Below, one piece after another: positions 54,346-64,000 of a stretch of DNA of 64,000 nt (the first letter of the stretch is position 1; the number at the start of each line of letters is the position of its first letter). The notes under the pieces are model-generated. The model saw only the letters and a program-made list of their open reading frames with translations. It was not told the DNA's origin and searched no databases. The position numbers were made by a program, and so were the translations under genes. This DNA comes from Octopus vulgaris (lineage: Eukaryota): contig OX597831.1 of NCBI GenBank assembly GCA_951406725.2, positions 5,394,001 through 5,458,000 on the forward strand, given 5' to 3'.

Positions 54346-54881
54346 TACAATTGTTTCATCCATAGTTTTTCAGAAGTGTATTCATTTCATTATTTGCTGT
54401 TATCTCCGCCTGCGACAGAATGCACAGTAACACTAAATATAGTGCATTTATGAATGCACTATAACATAAATCCTATGTTATAGGATTTATCTATGTTTGG
54501 GTTTATTATCCACACTCTTCTGTGCTGGTTTAGGACATGTTGAAAACGTGGTATTAATTTTGGAGTCTTCCTTCTGATTTTTAAAATTTCGTCGCAGATA
54601 AGGAGCACAATCTACCCTTACAAAAATCTATTTAGCCCATTGAGGGTACCCTGACAGGTACTACTGTTTTGGGTCTGAACGGTCCTGGGAGTAATGGTAG
54701 TTAGAGGGTGACTCCACGCTCCCCACAACTCTATAACTCCCGAACAGGAGCTATACCACCGGATGTCACACCCAGGTAAAAAAAAAAGGGTATTGTTTTA
54801 TTTATTAATATATAATGTTTTTCAGTACATTTCATCAGTATTGTTGTACAAATACCGCCAATGAATTTGTATTATCAAGAA

Positions 54882-55272
54882 CTAGCAGTATCGCCCGGCG
54901 TTGCTCGGGTTTGTAAGGGAAATAACTATAAAGCATTTTTAGAGAGTTATAGCCAAAAAATAGCAAAAAATGCATTAAAAATGGAAAAAAAATTATGGTA
55001 AATTTTTTTTAAATCGTTGACTCATCGTAGACATTTTTAGAGAGTTACTTCCCTTTATTTAAAAAATATGCGTTAAAATGGAAAAAAATTATGGTAAATT
55101 ATTTTTAAAATCGTAGACTCATCGTAGACGCGCGCTAATACCCAGAAAGGCTCGATATGAATCACGACTATAAGATACCCACTTTTGGTTACACTGCAAC
55201 GCAAAATGTGGGAGTAGTTAGGAATCTAAATCGTAGGAGACAGACACACAACTTGACTTTTATATATAAAGA
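54882..55272 (-). mobile_element. non-autonomous Helitron
   Basis: 5' TC, 3' hairpin plus CTAG, A|T insertion site; both ends shared with 23698-24207. Confidence 0.85.
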
Positions 55273-56145
55273 TATATAATGTTTTTCAGTACATTTTCAT
55301 CGATATTATTGTACAAATACCGCCAATGAATTTGTATTATCAAGAATATTCGCTCTTCGTCCGAGATGTTTCTATCCTTTCACTTGCATATCATGGTGAA
55401 AACCAAAAACAAAAAAATACACAATAAACCACAAATTCCAATTAACCAGTCAAGAAGTAGGGTGAATCGAAGAAAGCAAAATAATAGATAATAGGAAAAC
55501 AAACAAACAAACAAGTATACAAACAGATAAATAAATAAATAAATAAAGGCTAGGAAGCATAAGATAATGGAATATCTGGCAAATGGATTTTGTACATAAA
55601 CCTGATGAGTCAGTATTTTTGCGATATTAATGCAATAATACCGATGCAGTATATTGTTACACGTATTATATAATCATATTATAGCAATTATTTTCTGATA
55701 GAATATCGATGAAACAAGTGTAGAATAATGTAATAAAACGAATTGCTCACTCTATTCTGATTAATATCAGTATAAACTCAGGCAGCAAGCTGACAGAATC
55801 GTTAGCACGCCGGGCAAAAAAGCTTAGCGGCATTTCGTCCGTCTTTACGTTCTGAATTCAAATTCCTCCGAAGTCGTCTTTGCCTTTCATCCTTTCAGGG
55901 TCGATGAAATAAGCCCCATTTGAACACTGGGGCAATGCAATCGACTTACTCCCAACCCACGGAATCTCTGACCTTGTGCCAAAATGTGAAACCAAAATCT
56001 ATATAAATTCTGCGTATATTTACGGATTATCTGAGATATCATCAGTAAAACTATCCATTTCCATTTTATAATTGTATCTGATCTCCGTTACTTGTGGGCG
56101 GGTTTAACGAAGCCAATTTCAAGTTAAAACACAAATGGAACTATG

Positions 56146-56203
<58 letters not shown>

Positions 56204-56344
56204 GTGTGCGTGCGTGCGCGTGTGTTTGTGTGTGTGACAGTGCAGGTTCAGACTAGCATCTGTGCTTCAGAATTCGCTACCCAACAACATGAATTGAAAG
56301 ATTCAGTCCCACTGTATGATAAAGCCGTCTTGTGTCTCTGTGGC

Positions 56345-56393
<49 letters not shown>

Positions 56394-57183
56394 CGTGTGT
56401 GTGTGTGGGTGTGTGTATGAGAGAGAGAATGTGTGTGTGTTTGTGGTGTACACTGACGGGAATAGATACCGCTTGCTATCAGATAACGAAGCATTACCTT
56501 TTCATAAGGGATCAAAAATTAATACGAAATGTTTTACTATTGTGTGAAATCAAATTTCTTAATACTGATACTGAATATGTACACTATATACCTATTTCTT
56601 TACTACCCACAAGGGGCTAAACACAGAGAGGACAAACAAGGACAAACATATATACCATACATACATACATACATACATACACACACACTCGAAACGCAGG
56701 TACACATTCATACACTTTATATATATATAAAATAAAATAAATATACCCCGATATGTGATATATATGAGAATCTGAATGTATAATGCACAAAGAATAAATC
56801 CTGGTGTCGATTTGCTCGACTAAAGGTGGTGCTCCAGCATGGTCACAGTCAAATGACTGAAACAAGTAAAAGAGTATATATATATGTATATATATGTATC
56901 TATATATGTATGTATATGTATATATATATATGTGTATGTATACATGTATGTATATATGTATGTATATGTGTATATATGTATATATGTATATATATGTATA
57001 TATGTATATATATATGTGTATATATGTATATATATATATGTATATATGTATATATATATATATGTATATATGTATATATATATATGTGTATGTATATATA
57101 TGTATATTCAGCGGTGGTGCCCCAGCATGGCTGCGGCCTTCGGGCTGAAACACTTTTAAGGATTTAATGATTTGTATATATAT

Positions 57184-58181
57184 TGTTACGACCTGCCGTC
57201 GCTCGAACTCGAACCCGGTATCCCAACAAGTCGAGCAACGACGATTGACCAGGCTCGATCGATCGGGAAAGCTCGCCACGGAACTCAGAGAGGAGAGAGA
57301 GACACAAAGGCAATCGGCTACATTTAACACTAGTTTATAATAATCATTACAACATCAAATACATTTAAAGAAAACATCAGATATATCAAAGAAGGAAACA
57401 ACAGCATTTAAACAGTACACGTCGAATCAAACAAATACATTATACAATGTTCAAGTCACAACAGTTCAATTAACGTACACATTAACGATACAGTTCAGAG
57501 TTCTTTTCTTGTCTTTTTCCTTCTTTTTTTTTTGTAACACGTATCAATACATTTCAACAACTCTTTTTTTTCTTTCCTTAATTCACAATATCTTTTTACT
57601 GTCTCGTTTCTTTTCCAGCCTTTAGCACTGTTCTTTATAACACATCAACAAGTCCTTTACACAATTCACATTGTTCAATTCTTTTACATAAGTAACACAA
57701 CTCAATAATCAACACATACCGTACAACAGCCAATGCCTCACACCGTAGTCCGTCTCTATTAGCTGTTTAATCCTATGTGTATGTCTTCCTCAACCCCTCA
57801 TCCTCTCACTGTCTGCCTATGGTTCTCAACGCTGTCCTGTCACTATCTCGCCTGTTATCTCTCATGACTGTGTGTCTGTCTTTCTCTGCGCTTCCTTCGT
57901 AATCCCGTCTGCCATGTTACTACCTCAATCTCTCGCAGCAGAAACAACCTGTTACTCATTTGCTCTGTCCTCGACTGCCTACAAGCTCACAGCGCATCGC
58001 ATTTTAAAGCGTGGTTTCTTGAACTTTCCCTGACCGTAGGGGCCAAAATGTCACTTCCTAAGTCGTTATTATTTCCAGAACATGGCAGAACAAAGGACTA
58101 TAACTTTACACTGCAGACTTCCCGTCTCCAAGCCAAGCAATGTAGGTCGCAACCAACTGTCCCTAAATTGAACTCACAACA
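57184..58181. mobile_element. probable solo LTR, about 1 kb
   Basis: Begins TGTT and ends AACA; unique non-coding block inside (TA)n; flanks ATAT/CTAT form an imperfect 4-bp TSD. Confidence 0.5.
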
Positions 58182-58208
58182 CTATATATGTATATATATA
58201 TGTATATA

Positions 58209-58293
<85 letters not shown>

Positions 58294-58455
58294 ATATATA
58301 TGTGTGTATATATATATTGTGTGTATATATATGTGTATATATATATGTGTGTGTGTATATATGTATGTATATATGTATATGTGTATGTATATATATGTAT
58401 ATACATATGTATATGTGTATATATGTATATACATACATATATATACATATGTATA

Positions 58456-58507
<52 letters not shown>

Positions 58508-58959
58508 TATACATATGTATATATATATACATGTATATACATATATACACATATACATATGTATATACATATATATACATACACATATACATACATATAT
58601 ATATATATATATAGGTAGATATCTCCATATGTGTGTGTGAAAATGTATGATAAACGCGAGGTGCAGTTTATTCCCTTTGTTCTTACTTCCTACATATGTT
58701 TCACCATTGTGGTTATATGCACCCTCCTCAGTAGATGTTCAAAGTACAAATGGATGCTGATCCTCAACAGTTCCTCAAGGGAAGATAGAATTGAAATCGT
58801 ATAAAACCCCATTTCGTACATAAAATATTCTTGCCATCTGTCACATTTGAAGCAATTGATGTGTGTAAGCGTAGTTCAATAGATTGTTTCTTTGATGAAC
58901 TGCTGTGGATTAGCATCCACTCGCCCTATAAACACCCAATGCAGAAGATGCAATTAACC

Positions 58960-59192
58960 TATTTCTTTACTACCCAAAAGGGCCTAAACACAGAGAGGAC
59001 AAATAAGAACAGACAAACGGATTAAGTCGATTATATCGACCCCAGTGCGTAACTGGTACTTAATTTATCGACCCCGAAAGGATGAAAGGCAAAGTCGACC
59101 TCGGCGGAATTTGAACTCAGAACGTAGCAGCAGACGAAATACTGCTCAGCATTTCGCCCGGCGTGCTAACGATTCTGCCAGCTCACCGCCTT
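58960..59192 (-). mobile_element. SINE family A, full length
   Basis: Complete reverse-complement copy. Confidence 0.9.
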
Positions 59193-59799
59193 TTAAACAA
59201 GTTCCCATGCCTTAAACAAGTTAACCACAATAGCGAAACGTTTGTTGGGAAAATGTTCCATAAAGGACAAGCTTTTTTTAGTTTCCATCTACTGAATCCA
59301 CTTATAAGGCTTAGGTCGGCCTGAAGCGATAATAGTAGACACTCGCCCAAGGTGTGTCATGCAGTGGGACTGAACCCGAAACCATGTGGTTGGGAAGCAA
59401 ACTTCCTTACCACACAGCCACGCCTGAGTCTCTATGATTATAAATTCGTTTCCAATTACTAGTAATTAATTAGCTGTTGTAATCAATTAGTTGTTTTAAT
59501 GAAATTAAGAGGTGAACAAATTACTAAGATGACAGATTAATCCGCAACTTATTTAATTTCTCCATCTCATTAAAGAGAAAATTAATTATATAAGAGAACT
59601 ATGTCGTAGATGGGCTATGCCCTCAGTGTATAACTGGTATCTAGTTTACGGATTCAGAGCCAGGAGTAGCAACAGCAGAAATGACAGCAATGTTGTTTAT
59701 AGTTGGGGGTGGTCGCTGATGGAGGGTATTATAATGAAGAATCAAAAAACAACAATCCATCTCTGGAAACATGGGTGTTTTGTTCAACATTCTTAAACA

Positions 59800-59984
59800 T
59801 AGGCGCAGGAGTGGCTGTGTGGTAAGTAGCTTGCTTACCAACCACATGGTTCCGGGTTCAGTCCCACTGCGTGGCATCTTGGGCAAGTGTCTTCTGCTAT
59901 AGCCCCGGGCCAACCAAAGCCTTGTGAGTGGATTTGGTAGACGGAAACTGAAAGAAGCCTGTCGTATATATGTATATATATATT

Positions 59985-60027
<43 letters not shown>

Positions 60028-60228
60028 CTATGTCTGTGTTTGTCCCCCTAGCATTGCTTGACAACCGATGCTGGTGTGTTTACGTCCCCGTCACTTAGCG
60101 GTTCGGCAAAAGAGACCGATAGAATAAGTACTGGGCTTACAAAAGAATAAGTGCCGGGGTCGATTTGCTCGACTAAAGGCGGTGCTCCAGCATGGCCGCA
60201 GTCAAATGACTGAAACAAGTAAAACATA
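59800..60228 (+). mobile_element. SINE family B, full length
   Basis: Head, CORE-like box, internal microsatellite and tail; nested inside the (TAA)n-associated element. Confidence 0.9.
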
Positions 60229-60482
60229 AAAAAACCTTCTTTAGGGACCTTCTTTTGAGCGTGGTGGACTACACAACCCGAAGAAAATTCAAACTGGGCC
60301 TCAGCTGCAAGGTCATGCACTTTTTTGTCTTGATATAAGAGTTCCATGTCGCGAACATAGGGTTGTGTTGCATATACCTTATCAGGTGGGTTTTCATGAT
60401 GGTCATATTGGACTTCGTATATTTGTACGCCAGTATCACTTTGATGGCATGCGCTGCTCTCTCACTCAACAGCAACAACAGC

Positions 60483-60526
<44 letters not shown>

Positions 60527-60869
60527 CGTGTCTGTAAAAGAAATGGAGAAACTCTCAAAATACAAAGACCTGGAAATAGAGGTAACTAGAATGTGGAATC
60601 TGAAAACAGAAACAATTCCTATCATAGTAGGTGCATTAGGCATGATAAAAAAATATTCAGACAAATACATAACAAAAACACCAGGACTTACAAACACATA
60701 TAACATACAGAAAATTGCACTACTAGGCACTGCACACATCCTACGCAGAACACTTTCCATACAATAACCATCAGAGCATCACAACAAATCACAGCACATA
60801 CCCAAGGCACACACAGAGCTGCGCTCGGTAGTGAAGTGAAAGCACGCTATAAAAATAAAAATAAAACTA

Positions 60870-60900
<31 letters not shown>
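60527..60900 (+). mobile_element. R4/Dong-type LINE 3' end (restriction-like endonuclease C-terminus, 3' UTR, (TAA)n)
   Basis: VSVKEMEKLSKYKDLEIEVTRMWNLKTETIPIIVGALG...IQKIALLGTAHILRRTL* is the typical RLE C-terminus; (TAA)n on both sides. Confidence 0.85.
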
Positions 60901-60902
<2 letters not shown>

Positions 60903-60904
60903 CA

Positions 60905-61570
60905 CGAACTGGAGGGTCGGCCTTGAGAACGAGCAAGTGTCTCTGCCGTGCCGCAGCTGCAATAGAGTGGATGAAACCATTGCCCGTATCACGAACGAAT
61001 GCCCTAGACTTGCCCCCAAACCACTACAAGTTGTGGCGACACGATCAGGTAGCGAAAGTGCTACATTGGAAATTGTGCGAAAAGTGGGGGCTAGGTTAAT
61101 CGACCAGACATAATTGTTAAAGACAGGGAAGAAAACACTTGTAGACTAATAGATGTGTTCCCACTGAGAAAAATATATCCATAAAGGAATTCGACAAATT
61201 AAGTTAATAAAAGGACCTGGAAAGTGAAATACAAAAGATGCGGTATCTTAAATCGAGAACTGTTCCTGTTAACGTAGGTGCCCTAGGTATGACAAAAAAG
61301 GGATGTCAGAAGCATCTAGATAATATCCCAGGAGAACCATGTCTCAGAGAAATCCAAAAGATTGCAATGACAAGTACTGCCCACATTCTTAGAAAAACCT
61401 TATTCATTTAAATGTTTGTGTTGTATTACATGAAGATATTTCGCTTACTGCCCCTGCCACCCAACTCTCTAAGATTTCAGTCAAACTGTAACATCTCTTA
61501 TCCTTCACTCGCCCCAGGACGCTAGGTGTGTCTCGGCAAGTGATTGTAACAAACATGCAGATTAAAAGTA

Positions 61571-61628
<58 letters not shown>
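60905..61628 (+). mobile_element. second R4/Dong-type LINE fragment (CCHC knuckle and RLE)
   Basis: CRSCNRVDETIARITNEC, RHDQVAKVLHW, NRPDIIV...LIDV, KDLESEIQKM..VGALG and TAHILRKTL with stops and an internal deletion; ends in (TAA)n. Confidence 0.85.
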
Positions 61629-61631
61629 GAA

Positions 61632-62460
61632 CGGTTTCAAAATTTGCCGCAAGGACAACCATTTTTGGGGAGGGGGTGTATCGATTACATTAACTCCAGT
61701 GTTCAACTAGTATTTAATTTATCGACTCCGAAAGGATAAAAGGCAAAGTCGACCTCGGCGGAATTTGAACTCAGAATGTAGCGGCAGACGAAATACATAT
61801 TTCTTTACTGCCCACAAGGGGCTACACACAGAGGGGACAAACAAGGACAGACAAACGGATTAAGTCAATTATATCGACCCCAGTGCGTAACTGGTACTTA
61901 TTTAATCGATCCCGAAAGGATGAAAGGCAAAATCGACCTCGGCGGAATTTGAACTCAGAACGTAACGGCAGACGAAATACCGCTAAGCATTTCGCCCGGC
62001 GCGGTAACGATTCTTTCTACTAAAAGAACAAGGCCTGACATTTTGAGGGAGGTGATCAGTCGATTACGTCGACCCACAGTACTAAACTGGTCCCTATTTC
62101 ATCGGGCCCGAAAGGATGAAAGGCAAAGTCGATCCCGGTGACATTTGAACTCAGAACGTGATAACTGACGAAATACCTATTTCTTTATTACCCACAAGGG
62201 GCTAAACAAAGACAGACATAGGTATTAAGTCGATTACATCGACCCCAGTGCGTAACTGGTACTTAATTTATTGACCCGAAAGGATGAAAGGCAAAATCGA
62301 CCTCGGCGGAATTTGAACTCACAACGTAACGCAGACGAAATACCGCTCAGCATTTCGCCCGGCGTGCAAAAGATTCTGCCAGCTCGCCGCCTTAACTGAC
62401 GAAATACCGCCAAGCACTTTGCCTGGCGCGGCAACGATTCTGCCAACTCGCTGCCTTTCA
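61632..62460 (-). mobile_element. SINE family A concatemer (about 4 units)
   Basis: Head-to-tail units with GACGAAATAC(C/A)TATTTC junctions. Confidence 0.85.
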
Positions 62461-62664
62461 AGACTCCAATAATAACAGATTGCATCTTTGATAATTGCAT
62501 TCTTCAAGTACTCTACTATATCCCTTTCCCTTTTTTTAAAAACCCTGGTATCGAATAGGGTTATCATATCGATTATAACTCATAGATTCTTCTTCTTGTG
62601 GACGACTACTACGTCCAGTCTGTTGTGTTCTCTTCCTCTTACCACGTCCACCACTATATTTTTT

Positions 62665-63058
62665 TGTCTTTTACTTGTTTCATTCATTAGACTGCAGCCA
62701 TACTGGAGCAATGCCTTGATGGGTTTTAGTCGAACTAATCGACTCCAAGACTTTTTTCTATAAAGCATGATACTTATTTTATCGGTCTCTTTTTTTACCG
62801 GACCGATAGATTACAGGGACGTAAACACACCAACACCGTTTGTCAAGCGGTGGAGGGGGACAAAGACGGACATAAACACACACACATATATATATATATA
62901 AATATATACGACGGGCTTCTTTCAGTTTCCGTCTACCAAATCCACTCACAAGGCTTTGGTCGGCCCGAAGTTATAGTAAAAGACGTTTGCCCAAGGTGCC
63001 ACGCAGTGGGACTGAACCCGGAACCATGTGGTTGGGAAGCAAACTTCTTACCACACAA
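62665..63058 (-). mobile_element. SINE family B
   Basis: Reverse complement of the family B tail, microsatellite and head. Confidence 0.85.
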
Positions 63059-63089
63059 CCACATAGTTTCTCGTTGAACTGGACGGATT

Positions 63090-63964
63090 TTAAGCGTGTC
63101 AAAAGAAATGACTTGCGGTATTTGTTCCGACTCTTTACGGTCTGAGTTCAAATCCGCCGAAGTCAGCTTTGTCTTTCATTCCTCCAGGGTCGATAAAATA
63201 AAGTACCAGTCAAATACTGGGGCCGATGGTATCGATTTGTCTCCTCCCTTCAAAACTGGTGACCTTGAGCCTAAATTAAAGTTCTCATTTCAGGCTTGGT
63301 AAAGGCAGCGAGTTAGCTGAATAATTAGCGCTTCGGACAAAATACTTAGCGGCATTCTTCTGGGCTTTACGTTCGGAGTTCAAATTCCACCGAGATTAAC
63401 TTTGCTTGTCATCTTTTCGGGATCGTTAAAATACGAACCAGTTGAATACTAGGATCGATATAATCGACTAATCCCTCCTAACAAACTATCCGGCTTTGTG
63501 CCGACAGTTTAAAGGATTATTACTGGACTGGCAGAATCGTTATGCGGCCTACAAAATGCTGTTTTGTATTTGTTCTGGGACTTTGCTCTGCTTTCTGAAA
63601 TCCAAATCCCGCTAGTGACAGTTTTTATTTTATCATTCCTTCGGGGTCGATAAAATAAAGAAGTAGTCAAGTACTGGAGCCAGTTCGCTCGACTAGATCC
63701 CGCCCACAAACGATATTGTGACCATCATCACAGGGACGGCCAGCTGGCAGAACTGTTAGCACGCCGGGCGAAATGCGTAGCCGTATTTTGTCTGCCGTTA
63801 CGTTCTGAGTTCAAATTCCGCCGAGGTCGACTTTGCCTTTCATCCTTTCGGGGTCGATAAATTAAGTACCAGTTACGCACTGGGGTCGATGTAATCGACT
63901 TAATCCGTTTGTTTGTCCTTGTTTGTCCTCTCTATGTTTAGCCCCTTGTGGGTAATAAAGAAAT
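63090..63964 (+). mobile_element. four SINE family A copies of different ages
   Basis: Three diverged copies plus a young full-length copy at 63736-63964. Confidence 0.8.
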
Positions 63965-64000
63965 ATATTATGATGATAATGATGATGAGGTGGAGGAGGA

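Overview
Repeat-dominated, AT-rich eukaryotic DNA with no credible host protein-coding exon. Almost all ORFs in the track are translations of (TA)n, (CA)n, (GATA)n, (TAC)n or (TAA)n microsatellites. The repeat repertoire resembles coleoid cephalopod (Octopus-like) genomes; this is inference from recalled families, not a search. Recognisable content: one dispersed 5S rRNA copy; dozens of copies of at least four tRNA-derived SINE families; non-autonomous Helitrons; two decayed mariner elements; a Chapaev-like transposase relic; R4/Dong-type LINE 3' ends in (TAA)n; RTE and CR1 fragments; a probable solo LTR; and a 28-bp minisatellite. The most interesting signal is a dispersed set of hammerhead-ribozyme motifs. 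Three keep all core nucleotides (5629-5677, 22159-22200, 24749-24828) and several are degenerate. They lie in short, microsatellite-embedded, Penelope-like modules, two of them bracketed by inverted repeats. Also notable: a 5S rRNA copy fused to a SINE-type tail, fixed-junction SINE concatemers, and small unique islands with dense transcription-factor motif clusters. Coordinates of degraded repeats are approximate.
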